A DNA stretch of 64,000 bases from the human T2T-CHM13v2.0 reference genome, Homo sapiens: the NCBI RefSeq assembly GCF_009914755.1, contig NC_060933.1; one strand, written 5' to 3'. How positions within the stretch are numbered: position 1 is the stretch's first letter; each line of letters starts with the position of its first letter. The position numbers and the translations under genes are program-made. Below are positions 16,802 to 31,288 of this stretch, piece by piece. The notes below the pieces were generated by a model. That model was given only the letters and a program-made list of their open reading frames with translations, had not been told where the DNA came from and did no database searches.

Positions 16802-17649
16802 TTTATGGGTGGGAGGAGTGTGGAGAGTAATTTAAAGGATCTATTTTTCACTTTTTCAATCCCATGGATAATGAGGACTTAAAGCAGTGTTATGTAGCAG
16901 AAAGAACATGGGCCCTCTTGAATCCTGAGCTGCCACTTACCAGTTATGTGCTTTCAAACGCGTTTATTAACCTCTCTCAGTCTCAGTTTTCTTGCATATA
17001 AAAATATCGTTCTAATATATGTACAAACAGAAAATGTTAATACAATGTTAATGGTAATTTTAAAATTGGAAACAAATGGAGGATGGCTGGTTAAATAAGG
17101 TGTGATATGCTCATAGCATGGAATGCTATACAGTCATTAAAAAGATTAAGGTGGATCTATTTGTACAAACCTGTGAGTTCTTCCAAATTATCTTGTTAAA
17201 AGTTTAAAAAAGCAAATTGTGGAGTAATAACCTATAGTATGATCTCAGTTTTTAATAATCCCCAGAATGAAATGTGTCTGGTTGTGTGGCACCATCCCAA
17301 GGCATTGAAGGACACACATCCAACTGATCACCTAATACAGAGCAGGGAGGGACTGAATAAGTTAGGGGGACTTTCATTTTTTATTCTATATGCTTTTATA
17401 GTGTTTTAATTTTTTATAATGAACACATATTCCTGTATTTGTAGTATAATTTTAAAGAAAATACAAAACAAAAGAAGATGAGGTTGGGAGAAAACATTTT
17501 ATACATAATTGAGTTTTTATTTGTTTTTGAAACAAAGAAAAAAAATACCACCTCCCAGAGTTCTGCTGAGGATTATGTGAGAAAATGTCTAAAATGCACT
17601 CAGCCTGGTACCTGACTCAGTCATGTTGGCTCTACTCTTCCTCATTACC

Positions 17650-18030
17650 TGTTATGTTTTGAATTATGTCCTCATTCCATTATGTGTTGGAATCCTAAAC
17701 TCCCATACCTCAAAATCTAACTATATTTGGAGTTGTGGTCTTTAAAGATGTAATTAAGTTAAAATAAGGTCATTAAGGTGGGCCCTAAATCAGTATGACT
17801 GGTGGTCTTTAAAGAAGATATTAGGATGCAGACACACAGAGAGAAGACATGTGAAGACACAGAAGAAGGCTGCCTTCCACAAGCCAAGGAGAGAGCCCTC
17901 AGTAGAAACCAACCTTGCAGACCCCTGATGTTGGCCTCCTAGACTCCAGAATTGCATAAAAATAAATTTCAGTTGTTTAGCTCACCCAGTCTGTGGTATT
18001 TTCTTATGGCAACCCTAGTCAACTAGTATA
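17650..18030 (+). mobile_element. MLT1-type solo LTR
   Basis: tgttatgttttgaattatgtcc...aagccaaggagagagccctcag...cccagtctgtggtattttcttatggcaaccctag. Confidence 0.8.
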
Positions 18031-20404
18031 CTACCTTTCTTCAACTTCCTCCTCTCTTCTGACAAAGTACTGTTTCTGAAAGACTACATTATTTTTTAAA
18101 AACTGAAAATTAGATCACTTTGAAATTCCAAAGATCAGCCTTACTCTATGGCATCATGGGTAATTTCTCCTGATTGTTTTGCCAAGTGACAAGTTCCAGG
18201 TATTCTGGAAGGAGAATGTTAGACCTCATTTCCGGCAGAACTGCAGGCTTATAATGGCCCTTCCTTTGGACGAACTCTAGAAAAACAGACTTTCTATACA
18301 ATGCCCAGTTATTAGGCTGGACAGTCAGGTCTCTGGCAACTATCATGGCTTGGCTGTTCTTTGGCCAAATACTTGATTGGAATTGCTGTATATTCTCAGA
18401 ATTATATCCCAGGGGACAAATCAGTATCCACCAAAAGAAGTCTAACTTACTGTAAAGCCAAGATGAATGTAGGATGGTGACTAAACTCATTATAGGACAT
18501 TGTGGTTTGTGTGTTTCTCCTTTTTGGAGTTGAGAAGAACTGCTGTTGCTAGAACAAAAGGATGTTCTTTAGGCAACACATCTGCAAAAAATCCTAATTT
18601 CTCTGATTTGACCCACAGCTTTTTTTTTTAATGCTAAAATTAGATAACAAAGGGAAACAATGTTTCTGAAAAGAGAAATGATGAGTGACTTTGATTGTTT
18701 CTCTGAGGGCAGAGCCCCTATCCACCCTGTGATAACATCAAGGCTAAATAAGCTTTCAGTATCTTGCAAATAAATTAATCTCTAAATGCAATTGTACAGC
18801 ATGCCATGTGGACAACTGGAGGTTGACTTTGGTTCAAAACACATCATTTCTTTTTCGCTAGTTAAACACTGAACATTCAGAGTAATGGTTGAAAATATTT
18901 GCAGCAATTACTCTGGGAAAAAAAATCCTCATATTTTATGACTAACTGTTTTATCATTTGTGGCATAAAGAAATAAACATTTTTTTAATGATTCACAGAT
19001 TCCTTCATTTGATGGATCTGGTGGCTATAGATCTCCCTGCAGTGCTTGCTGCCAGGCAGCTGGCCAAGTTCACTGGGTGCCCCCCAGCCCCAGTAAGTTA
19101 GGCCTTCTGCTTTTCCTCTCCTCTCGGCCTTCTTCTGACTGTGGCACACATTTCTTTTTTAATGCTTTTTCTGACATGTCTTTATTTTACTCCTCCTTAT
19201 TCTCTCTCCTATCCCTTCTCCTTAATGTGTTCTCAATTTCTTATCCTCTGCTTCAACTCTGACTCTCTCGGGAGGGTTCTGGTATGAACACTCGTCAGTG
19301 GAAAGAATACAGGCTTGGGGGCTCTGTTACTTACTAACTTTGTGGTTTGGGGCAAGCTCTTCAACTTCTCGTAGCCTCAGTTTCCTCAATCTTGAAGTGG
19401 AAATAATAGTAATGCTCAGTTATAGTATTCCTTTATAGAAATCAGTGCAACAATGGAAATACATGGGAAATAACAAATTTTAGTTCTTTCTTCCACATTG
19501 CCTTGGTAAAAGCTAAGTGAGTGACACTCTTACAAGAAACAGGGCCCAGTGAAACCACAGCCCACAGTATCACATCAGCATTAAACATTTCCTTCCAGAA
19601 AAGTTATATTCCTTGGCTAAGGACAATTTCACTCTTGTTCATAACTCAAGGTGATATAATAAAAAACTCCAAATTGTTAGGGAACATATGAAAGGGAATA
19701 TATTAGTAAAACTGATTTCTGTTTGATGGCATCTTTCTAGTATACTTAAAGGGCCATAGGAGATATTGTCCCCTAAATTGATCACAGTTTTTTTTTTCAG
19801 CCAGCATCATCCCATGGAGACCACGAGAGCGGGGTTTAGCAATAGTTGTAAATGACCATTGAGTGATATGAGCTGGCATTCCTGGCCTGAAGAGTCACAC
19901 CTTCCAGCTCACTTGGGTGATGCTGACTGACAAGCAATCACCTATATTATTGTCTTGTGGATTGATGGCTAATGCCAAGCATCTACTTTCCTTGACTCAG
20001 TATGAATAGGAATGCCTACTTGGCCAACCCGTAATTTCCCTCAATATTGCCATGATCAGTTGTTATATTGAGACCCACTCAGCTAGAGCTAACTCCTATT
20101 ATTAATGACAGAGTGATGACTAAATGCATGTATGAAGAAAAGAAAAATCATTCAACAGCTCAACTTTCAACTGATGAAGAGAATTAAGAATGAGACCATC
20201 ATTTCCACAGGGTTGAAAATTATTAGATTGAGAAAAGCTGATATGAGTCCCCTCTCCTGGCTAGCTCCACGAGCTTAGGCAGACAGCTTTCATCTCTTTC
20301 TGCCACAATCCCCGTTATTGAAAATGACAGATAAAGACTGATTACATACCTCAGAGAGAACCTGGCAAAGTTATAGACTCATAGAATGTTAGAATTAGAG
20401 AAGA

Positions 20405-20640
20405 ATTAGTATATTTGGGTTGTCTGCCCTGTGCCAGGCATGGTACCTTATGACCTTTTGCCCCAAACTCATTCAATTCTCACCACTACCTTGAAAATTG
20501 GGCATTACCTTAATTATACAGATAAGGAAATTGGAACATTTAAAGACATGAAATGCCTTATTTAGGCTATACAGCTAAGGAGTGGTCCTGTCAGGTTTGT
20601 AAATGCCGAAGCACATGCTCATTTCACCATAACACCAGGA
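20405..20640 (-). mobile_element. MIR SINE
   Basis: gtgccaggcatggt...tacagataaggaaattgg. Confidence 0.6.
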
Positions 20641-21589
20641 GCTATATGGGTGATCTGGACTAATTCTCATTTAGTAAACAGCAAAACTGAGATCCAAAAA
20701 GTTTAAGGCTCAAGCATTTTTACAACATATGCTTTTTTTTTTAAGAAAAGAGATATTCAAACAAGTCTATTATAGCAATTATAATTCTTCAAGGCTAGAA
20801 GTATATGAACTGCTGAGAATTTTTAATGTGCAAATTAAATACAGCAGAAAAAGCAAATCCAAGAATCCTTGCTGAAAACATCTCTAATTCCCTCTCCTTT
20901 GAGCGTCTCTGCCTGTCAAGAGGATATAAATTTATTAAGTCAATACTCCTCAGAATTTACTTTCTCAAGTCCTAGTTTCTGAATTTCATAAAAAGGATGC
21001 TGGCCTCTAGTGAACCAGATAGAAGCTTGAAGCAGGGATTTGAGAATAATTTAGAAAGAAATTACTACTGCAGTTCATCCCTTGGCAAGGCCCTACGGAA
21101 TGAAACCAAATAAGCTGCCATGCCTAGGTTGCTAACGTGCAAATACTTGCATGTGTTCAGCCTGGTTTCTGTAAGCCTAGAAACGATAAGCAGCATCAAA
21201 TCTTCTCATTAACACCAAGATGTGCTGAAACTCAAGCAGCATGAACTTGTAGGTTTTTCCCTCCAAGACATCACTTTGTGCTGGGTACTATAAGCAAGGG
21301 CCATTATTTAATTAGTTAACAAGTTTTTGTACTATCATTCTAGCAGTCTTGTCCTTCTTATGTTTTCCTTTGCATTTTAAACATTCTCTTTCTTTTAAGA
21401 GGAAATTGTGAAACTTAAAGAGGTTATCTTTGAGGTTTGGCTATATTTTTCTTTATAATCTTGCTATGAGCAGTAACTACATATGGCTGTTGGAGAGTGT
21501 TTAGTTTGGGTTTCAACTCAGTTGAGAGTTTTGAGTGAAATATGGTCATCACAGTGGGAAGGCTAAAGAGGCATTATTATTTTCATTAT

Positions 21590-21697
21590 TATTGGTTTTT
21601 TTAGAGACAGGATCTTGCCTGTCCCCCAGGCTGGGGTGCACGGGTACAATCACAGCTCACTATAACCTCAAACTCCTGGACTCAAGTGATCTTCTCA
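21590..21697 (-). mobile_element. FLAM/AluJ fragment
   Basis: tttagagacaggatcttg...acagctcactataacctcaaactcctggactcaagtgatc. Confidence 0.75.
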
Positions 21698-23345
21698 TTA
21701 AAAAGCATTATTAGATTCCTTTTCCTTTGAATCTTCACTGAGTAAATATACTTTATAGCTCTTTAACACCCGTATCCAACAACATACCAACATCCCTTTC
21801 CCAAGCAGCATATTCATTACCAAAAAAACTTATTCCTTCCCCAAATAGAAATTTTTAAAAGAAAGATATCACTGTTTTACAATGTGTAATTTATACCTTT
21901 TTATTTTTTCTCCCATTAAAATATGACTAGGATTTATTTACTTTGAATTGTTATAGATATTGGAAGTAATTTAGACAAAACTGTCAATTCTTATAGAACA
22001 GTATTTTGAAAAAACTATTTTTAAGCTACTTTTTATATTTGACTTCGTGACTGGGCAATGAAGACAAGCAGCCAGATTTCCAGGCACACCACCCCTATTT
22101 CATTCAAAACAAGTCTGCTTTTAACTGCTGTATTTATTAGCATCCTATGTAGATTTCTTTGGAAGAAAAATAATCATTCAGCAACGAAAATAAAGTTTGA
22201 AAACACCTGCTTTATGATATCTCATAAGGTCTTCTAAATTTTACGTGGCTATTTCTAGGTAAGAAATTCTCCAATAAATGTCTATTCTGTACAATTCTAA
22301 TTGCCAAGAAGATGTTTCTTAGAGCAAAATGATGTGTACTTTCTTATTACCATTTAATTTACTATAGCAGATCGTTTTTGACTACATGCAAAGCATTGCT
22401 CTAGGAGCAAATGAAAATAAGAAAATGTATGTAAGACTTTGTACTCTCAAATGTTTTAAAATTGGAGGGAGGAAGAGAATAAAGACAAAAATATAGATAG
22501 GATTTGATGCAGAGTAAGTTACAAAAGTACAACAGAAGAGCTCAGAGGACATCTATGCAATCTATTAATATCTTAATATCTATTCATCCTCTCCTTTCCA
22601 AGCAAGCAACAATCACAGATTAAATATAAAATGATAAAACCAGTGGCATAGCCAGGTTCAAAAGCAAGAGAAAAAGTCCATGGACCAAAAATGGAAAATA
22701 AATGCAAGATGGTGAATAGTGCTGATTTCATAGGCTTTTTGGCTCCAAGACTGAAATAAAGCAAAGATTGGCAGTAGCTTGACTCTGGTAGGATACCAGG
22801 GTTGAATTTCCTTCACAGAAGAAGCAGGACCTAAGCCAGGTAGAAAACTTGATGTCAGGAGTTTCGAGGAGGCTCTCTGTTGTGAAGAGCGGCTGTATAT
22901 ATATATAAAAAAAAAAAAAAAAAAAAAGACAGTTGCCAGTTGCCTAGAATGAGAGTTTTCTCTGAAATTGTGTGTCTAAAAGAGGCTGTTTGATAGACAT
23001 AGATACCATATCATGAACTGAAACTCTACCAAGCCATACTTTCCCTCTGGGTCTAGACTTGCAATTTCTTCATTATGGATTAAAACCCAAAATTTTAGTA
23101 CAGTATCTGATTCTGGACCGGGGGCCATGTGAACCGTATGGAGATAATCATAAAACCATTGGAACAGACAAAGACAGGGAGAACAAAAGGAAAACAAACA
23201 GCTTTTCACTAAAAATGAGCCTGCAAATAAAAATTCCAAAACATAGGAAAAAAATATATATATAATACCAAGAAAGACAACAAAATTAACGTTCACACCA
23301 GATAAAATTCTGTGAAACAGTTTGACAAAGACTTTAAAATTAATA

Positions 23346-23989
23346 AAGTCAATCCTCTTTATTGATGGATGCTTGCAATTGTGAATTGTCTACTTACTAA
23401 AATTTGCTTGTAACCCCCCAAATCAACACTTATGGCACATTTGTGGTCATTCATGGGCATGTGAAGAAAAGTTAAATCTTTGAGTCGCTGAATGAACATG
23501 TTCCCAGCTGTGGTTGAACAAGGGACACTCTGCCTTCCTGTTTGAGCTCTCATACTGTAAACAAGTGTCCTTTTGGCAGTCTATTTAGTGTCAAGTTTTT
23601 CACGTTTATTTTTGTGCTTTTTTGGTGATTTCATTGTTTAAAATGGCCCCGAAGCATATGCTGAAGCACTGTCTAGTGTTTGCAAGCTCAAGAAAGCTGT
23701 GATGTGCCTTATGGAGAAAATGTGTGTGTTAGATAAGCTTCCTTCAGGCCTGAATTACAGTGCTGTTGGATGTGAGTTTCATGTTAATGAATCAACAATC
23801 TCTACAAGGAGTGTTTAAAAAGAAACATACATTAAATAAGGTTATCTACAGATCAGTTAATTAAAATGTTGTGACCAGAGACTTGAAGGAACTGTATTTC
23901 TCCCTAAGTGCAATGGTTCATTATTTGCTAATTCAGCATTTATGGTGATTTTCTAGAACGTAAGTGACACAAATAATGAGTATTGACTT
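23346..23989. mobile_element. TcMar-Tigger non-autonomous DNA transposon (MER82-like)
   Basis: TIRs aagtcaatcctctttatt / aataatgagtattgactt flanked by TA; internal aaaatttgcttgtaacccccaaatcaac. Confidence 0.75.
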
Positions 23990-23999
23990 TATGTTGAAA

Positions 24000-24800
24000 A
24001 GAAACACATTAAGAAATAACAGTGCTTAAAAATAAAGAATAAATTAGGGAGTAAAGACAGAAATAAAGCATTAAATAGATAGATGAAGAAAATAAATTAT
24101 TAGAAATTTGCAATTCAAAAATCTAGTAATTGAAATAAAAATTTATCCATAGATAGGATAAATTCCAAACAAGATGCAGAATCAGTGAAAATTTGAAGAT
24201 AGAAGTTAGAAACTTTACCCAAAATATAGGCCAAAATTCCAAAATATATAATACAAAAGAGCCCTTAAGAGATACAGAGAGTGTACAAAAGGCTCCAATA
24301 TACATCAAATAGGAGTGTTCAATGAGAAGGGGCAGAATTCCATTTAGAATATTCCAGAAAGGAAAAAAATAGTTATCAGACTAAAGTTGCAATGAAAGTG
24401 CTGAACAGGAAAAATAAAAATACATAACCAGACATATCATGGTCAAACATCAGAAGGAGATTCCAACTTTAGGATAAGGGGGAAATAGTAAAAGCTACCA
24501 GAGAAAAGACAGAGTACCCACAAAAGAATGAAACTTAGACTAAAGGCTGAAACTTCTCAGTCATAATGGAGTGTAAAAGATGAGTTAATGTCTTCAAAAT
24601 ATGAATGGAACATAACTGTCAGTGTAGAATTTTGTACTCTCAACTTTCAGTGAAGAGTGTAGGCAAAATACAAACATGTCCTGATCTACAAAGATGAGCA
24701 TTAACTACCCATGGACTTTCACTAACATAACTACTACAGGCTACATTTGAGGAAGAAAAATATAGGAAAGGTGGGCAAAAAGCAAAACAATGGTGATCCC
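24000..24800 (+). mobile_element. Ancient L1ME/HAL1-like ORF1 region (continues upstream of the Tigger)
   Basis: A-rich, degenerate L1 ORF1-like text (ccagacatatcatggtcaaac, aaagctaccagagaaaaga, gtagaattttgtactc). Confidence 0.5.
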
Positions 24801-24844
24801 CAAAGGGGTATGAGAGTGTGTATATGTATGTATGTATGTATGCA

Positions 24845-25425
24845 TGTTACATGGCTTCTCTTCAATAATATTTCTGGTATTCTTTTCCTAATGAGTGTCT
24901 GGGACTATTGAACTTCCCCAACCCTTTGAAGTTAGACATGACCACATATGTTGCTTTGGTCACTGAAATGTGGGTTTAAATGAGCTATGTTACTTTCTGG
25001 AGGAAGCAATCAAGGGACACTGTGACAGTCCCCAAGTTCTGTCTTTCTTTCTTTAGTGACCAACGAGTCTATGTGCCCTAAAACCTAAAATCTTGCTTCT
25101 CAAAAAGTAATCTGGGGTCCAGCAGCATCAACGTCAGCCTGGTTCCTGTGAGAAATGAATATCAAGTTTCATCTTTGGCCTGCAGAATCAAAATCTTCAG
25201 TTTAACAAGATCTCCAGGTGACTCGTATGCACATTAAAGGCTGAGAAGCTCTGTTCTATCAGATGGTCCTTCCTTTCCCAGCCTGGGTCACTGAGTTACC
25301 CCACAGATGACAGCTGCTCTGGAAAGACATTTTATGAGAAAGAAATAAATATTTGTTTTGTTAAACCAAAGAGCTTTTGGAGATGATTTGTATTTTCAAA
25401 ATCACCTAACTTATCCTGACATCTA
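24845..25425 (+). mobile_element. Old MLT1 LTR with an inserted MER5-type hAT element (~25095-25253)
   Basis: ttgctttggtcactgaaatgtg (MLT1); ttttaacaagatctccaggtgactcgtatgcacattaaaggctgagaagc (MER5). Confidence 0.6.
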
Positions 25426-25432
25426 CAGTTAA

Positions 25433-26060
25433 TATGGTAACACAATGGTTCTCCAAAGATATCTATGTCCTGATCCCTGAAACTTGTGAATATATGTTAC
25501 ATGGCAAAAAGTATGTACTTCTGTAATTAAGGTTGCAGACCTTAAGATCTTAAGGTTGCAGGAAGTATATCCTGGAGTATTCAGGTGAGCCTCATCTAAT
25601 CACACAGACTCCTAAAAGCAGAGCGCTTTCCTCAGCTGGAGGCAGAAATGATTGTAGCAAAAGAAACCAGAGATTCTAAGCACAAGAAGGCATTCATGTA
25701 CTGTTGTTATTGGCTCTGAGATGGAGGGGGCCGTGGCAAGAACCGCAGAGAAGTTTCTAGGAGCTAATGGTCACCCCCAACTGATGCCTAACAATGAAGT
25801 GGGACATCTGTCTTAAAACCCCAAAGAACTGAATTTAGCCAACAACCTCAATGCATTTGGATGTGGATTCATCTCCGCAGCCTCTAAAAAGTAAGCCCTT
25901 CCAATGCCTTGATTTTGGCCCAGGGAAACGCTAAGAAAAGGACCCACTGAGCCATGCTTTATCTGGGTGTCTGTACACAGAATCATGAGATAATAAATTT
26001 GTGTTGTTTTAAGCACCTACGTTTATGATAAATGTTTATGGCAGCAATAGAAAACTAATA
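25433..26060 (+). mobile_element. MLT1D/E-type LTR
   Basis: ccaaagatatctatgtcctgatccctgaaacttgtgaatat...gagataataaatttgtgttgttttaagc...gcagcaatagaaaactaata. Confidence 0.75.
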
Positions 26061-26844
26061 TTATTAATCCAACTGCTGACCATAACTTTGGTGGGTTTTT
26101 TTAAAAAAACATATTTGTGTATTACTAACATTCCAATGTTTAGTGTGTGCTAAGATCCCTCTTGTATTTGGGAAGAAAATGGAAACACAAGATAAGTTTA
26201 CATTTTTTGGAAATGCAAGTTTAGATGTACATTTTAAAATTTTAAATATTCAGTAACAGACTAGAAATATCATCTATAGCTTCCAAACTAACAGAGAAAA
26301 TCTGGAGAATAAAGACAGCCTTACCAATTTAATAGAAGCTAGGAAAAGAGAGAAAAGAATCAAAAAGGATGGTAGACAAAAAATACAAAACAAAATGCCA
26401 AAGTTTTCCAAAGTGGTGGTTTCAATCCATATTCCCACCAGAATTATACTTGTTCTCTTTGCTTCATATCCTTGCCAGTGCTTGATATTGTAAGACCTTT
26501 TAATTTATTTTCCTATCTGTGGGTGCATTCCTAGAATATACCCAACTTGCTCATAATATATTATATTGTTTACATCTTGTTTTGGTTTCCTAATAATTTG
26601 TTTAGGACAATTTGCCTCTATGTTTATGAGTAATTTTATTTCTTATATAATTCTTATCTGATTTTAATAAAAGAAATTGGGACATGTTTCTTCTTTTCTA
26701 GTCTTTGAAAGAGTTTATTTTATATTGAGATTGTCTATTCCTTTCATGTTTAGTAAATCTTGCTTGTAAAATTATGAGAAGAGATTTTCTTTGGGGGAAG
26801 ATTTTTCATTACCGCTGAATTTTTTTTTTTTTTTTTAAGTCTAC

Positions 26845-27070
26845 ATGCAGTATAGCCTAGTGCCCAAAGAATGAGTTTTGGAGGCAAACTGTCTAGATTC
26901 AGTCTCAGGTCTGACCTCCTAACTGTGTAGAAAGTCACTTAACCTCACGGTGCCTCAGTCTCCTCATTTGCAAAATGAGGCACATAGGGTCGTCGTGAGG
27001 ATTTCATGAACTGATATATGTAAACATGTAGGTCAGTGCCTGTCACATAATAATACTATAAGCATTTACT
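26845..27070 (+). mobile_element. MIR SINE
   Basis: gtcacttaacctcacggtgcctcagtctcctcatttgcaaaatgagg. Confidence 0.8.
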
Positions 27071-27079
27071 TTTGTTGTT

Positions 27080-29900
27080 ATTTCTCTTTCTTCTCGAATA
27101 GTTGTGTTTTTTGTTTTCTCTCACTTGTCTAAGACTGTTTTCAAGTATGATGCCTTAAAGTAGGTTGAACTTCTCTGTAACTTTCTCTTCAACTCTGGCT
27201 GTATCTGCATCTGTCTCCCTATTTGCATCTCTAATGGTGTTTGGGATTTCTTCTTTGTTAAGAAAGAAGAAATTCAAACTTCATCATTTAATGAAATTTG
27301 TCAGAATTTATTTTATTAATCTTTTCAAGTAGCAGCCTTTGGCTTTGTTGAGCCTATGGTTTTTATATTTTCCACTTCATTGATATTTATATTATTTTCT
27401 TTAGCTTACTTTCTTCAAACTTATTTTAGTGTACTTTTTGTAATTCCTTAGGTTTGAAGCTTGGTGTTTTACATTTCAGACTTTCTTGTTTTCACAGAAA
27501 TGTTAAAATAAATACAGCTTTAGTTGCATCCCGCAGTGTGATAAAAAAAAATTTTCATTATCATTCAGTTCTAGGTATTTTTAAATTTCCATATGATTCC
27601 TTCAGGTCATAAATTACTTACAAATCTGTTCATTAACTTCTAAATACATGGGGCATTTACATTTTTCTTTATTAATCGCTAACAATTGCATTATGATTTT
27701 TCCAAAATGGTCTTTTTATTCCATTTCTTTGGAATTTGTTGAGATTTTGTTTGATGACCTGTTATCCACACTTTCTTGTAGAGAACATGTTTTCCTGCTC
27801 TGGAGTGTAAATTTCTATATGAGTATATCAAATGTTTTGAATGTGTTTATTAAATGTCCTAGTTCTTTAATAATTTTTTTAAAATACTTGAGAGAATGAT
27901 ATTTAAAATCTTCTTCTTTGTTAGGTTAATTTGCCAATTTCACCTTGTAGTCCGTTTGGGTTATTTTGGACTGTCTTATTAGGTAGATATACATTTAAAA
28001 TTGTTTGATCTTTCTGAAGAAGCTAATCTTTCTTCATAAGTTAGTGACTGTCTTTATCAGTAGTAATCCTTTTTGCCTTAATGTATAGTTTATCTGATAT
28101 AAATATTCACCTTTCATTTGATTAGATCTGTCTCTTACATCTTTTTCTACTCCTTTACTTTCCACCTTTCTTTATCTTTATGGATATTTAATGTAAATAT
28201 TTTTAATTTTTAATCTTATAATCTTTGCTTTCTTCCATCTATTTGCTGTCACTATGGTTACTGATAAAATTACACTTATCTCTATCTTTAAATTTATGGA
28301 TATTTAATGTAAACATTTTTAATTTTTACTTTTATAATATTTGCTTTCTTCCATCTATTTGCTGTCACTATGATTACTGATAAAATTAGACTTATTTCTG
28401 CCATCTTACTTTCTGATCTCTAGTTGGCCTGCTTTTCCAATGTTTCCTCTTTTCTTCTTGACTTCTTAGAGCTAGTCCCAGTCTTTTTTTTTTTTTTTCT
28501 TATTATACTCTTCCCTCTTCCCTCTACTGGTTTAAAAGTTATATATCCATTTCTATTTTTTTACTAATTACCCTAACTTTTAATATGCATACCTAAAGTT
28601 AAATAGTATTTATCCCCACCTATCAAATAATTCATGTCTCTTCAAACACTTTAGCTCTGATTAACCCCCTCAGATTTATGTGCTATTTTTGTCAAGTGTT
28701 TTAGCTCTATTTTTCTTAACTCACAGATTAGACACTTGATATAGTCAAAGTTTATTCAGATATACTTGAAAACATTCCACTTTATTTGATCCCATTTTTT
28801 CTCAGATCATAGATCTTCAAATATTACTTTCCTTTTATCTGGAGTATATCCTTTAGACTTTCTGTTAGTGAGGGTTCATTAGAAGTGAGTGCTTTTGGTT
28901 TTCTGTATTTTGTTTGTCTGAAATATTTGTATTTGGTGCTCTCTCTTGAAAGTTAGTTTTGCAGTGAACTTAACTCTACGTTGACAGTTATCTTGTCTCA
29001 ACACTTCAAAGAGAATTATCCATTGACTTCTAACTACCATCGTTGCCATTGAGAAGCCAGCTGTCATTCTAATTTGTTTTTCCTGTATCTTTTCTGCCTG
29101 ACTTCTTTTATTTATTGTTGGTGTTCAGTAGTTAGCTATGATCTTTGTAGAAATGAATCATTATTTTATTTTATTCTCATTAGACTTCTGAATCTGAGGA
29201 TTTGTATTTTTAATTATTTCTGGAAAATTCTCACAAAATTATTTTCTCTATGTAATTCACATTTCTTAGTCTGTTATTAATGCTTTTTACATCTTTGTCT
29301 CTCTATATTGTATTTTATATAATTTCTTCAACACTTTCTCTCATTTAACAATATCTCTTCCCAGCTGTATCTAATATGCTTTTTATTCGACCTGAAAATT
29401 TATAAAAACATTTATATCTGCATGTATATGAGTTCTGTTTTTTTTTTAAATCTACATGATGACACCTGTTCTTTGGTTACTCTTTCAAAATTCTTCTTAA
29501 AAATGTCCATAAGCATGTTAAATTTTTTTATTTTGCATCCTGTGTCTGATAATTTCACTATCAGAATTTTCTGTAGGTCTGATTTTCTTGTTTCTGCTGT
29601 CTCCTTTTCACGTTGCCTTGTTTCCTCATGTTTTATGTTATCCTTATATGCTTTCATGATTGTTGGAATTTAAGAGGGAGTTCCTTGTAATCTGGTTTAC
29701 GATGTGTACTTCCTGGAATAATTTACGTTTGCTCTTGAGGAGGATGTTGGCATAGGGTGACCCAATGCGAATCCAAGACCACTTTACATTCCCAAATGTC
29801 CGCACTAAGTGAATTGTTTCCCAAATTGTCATGAGTCCTATTGTTAGAAACTCTGAAGGAAACTTCTACCCCCAACCTTTACCCGTAGCCAACCTGAGAT
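27080..29900 (-). mobile_element. Ancient L1M (L1ME-like) fragments, antisense
   Basis: T-rich degenerate L1 text; minus ORF TAGFSMATMVVRSQWIILFEVLRQDNCQ resembles L1 ORF1. Confidence 0.55.
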
Positions 29901-29984
29901 AAGCAAGTTTTCCTTATTATTTCTTTATGTGGATCTGAGTGGTTTTTTTTTTTATTTTGCTTGTTTGTTTGTATTATCTCATTT

Positions 29985-30355
29985 TATTTTTTTTTTTAGA
30001 GAAATGGTAGGTTCACAGCAAAATTGAGCAGAAAATAGAGAAGTTTCCATATGTCTCTGCCTACCACATGTACAGTCTCCCCCACTATCAATGTCCTGTC
30101 CCAGAGTGGTACATTTGTTAGAATTAATGAGCTACATTGACACATGATCAGCTAAAGCCCATAGTTTACGTCAAGGTTTACTCTTGTGTTGTACATTCTA
30201 TGGGTTTTCACAAATATGTAAGGAACATATATCCACCTCTGTAGTATCATACAGGATAGTTTCACTACCTTAAAAATCTTCTGTGCTCCACCTGTTCATC
30301 CTCACCTCCCCATAACCCGTGACAACTACCAGTCTTTTTATTGTCTCCTTAGTTT
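29985..30355 (-). mobile_element. L1MB-type 3' end
   Basis: poly(T) then aggttcacagcaaaattgagcagaaaa...gagtggtacatttgtta. Confidence 0.75.
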
Positions 30356-31211
30356 GGTGTTTTTTAGGAGCTGAGTATCATTTTCTTTTCCTAGTTTATT
30401 CCTTCTCTGAGGGTTTTGCCTTACAGTCCTGGCATTACGAGCAGATATTCATCTTCTTCCACAACTTGCCGTTCATAGACTTTATCCCCTGTTCCCTGCT
30501 TATAAAGACTGTTAGAATGGAAAGTTCAACACCACCAGAAACTGGCAGATCCTTTTAGAATCGACTTCCATCAACTTCCTCTCTGGATTTGTGCCTTTTT
30601 ATTGTTTTTGTCTCTGAGGAAACTTCCTTGCCAGCCCAGCTGTGTATTAACAATTTTTTAAATTTTTATTTATACTTAAAGCTATTATTTTTAGTCACTT
30701 GTAGTGAGAAGCTTTCTCAGAGTTTCTAGTCCTACATCCTGTTGCAACTGGAAGGTCCTTAATTCATTCCTTGATGAATGTTATTTAGCATTCATTTTGT
30801 ATCAGGCTTGGACGAGGCCCTTGGGTTTTCATTGTTTTGGAGGACACAGATAGAAAAAAACAACAATGTATTAAGTCCAAAGATGAAGGTATGCACAGGG
30901 TGCTATGGCATCCCAGAGGGAGTTGCCTCACACAGGCTGAGAATAGGGAGTTGTCAGAGAAGGAGACCAGGAAGTGACACTTGAGCTTTGAAGGAGTTAA
31001 CCAGGGGAATAAGAGGTGACCATATTGGATCATGTCAGCCAGAGGAGTGAAACATTGAGAGAATGGCAAATATGCCAACATCAAGTGTGGGCTGGATGGT
31101 AACAAATACGAAGAAAAGAATCTAGAAAACAGGCAAAGCTGGGTCAGCTCCTCACAGAAACTTTGTGAGGTATTTATTGCATTGCCACACCATGTAGAAA
31201 GGAGAAAACAG

Positions 31212-31288
31212 TGTAAAAGTGTTCCTATGAACGTTGTGCACATGTACCCTAGAACTTAAAGTATAATAAAAAAAATACATATAAAAAA
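31212..31288 (+). mobile_element. Ultra-short 5'-inverted L1PA insertion with 16-bp TSD
   Basis: Inverted L1 piece tgtaaaagtgttcctat + sense 3' end acgttgtgcacatgtaccctagaacttaaagtataata(A)n; TSD agaaaggagaaaacag / agaaagaagaaaacag. Confidence 0.88.
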
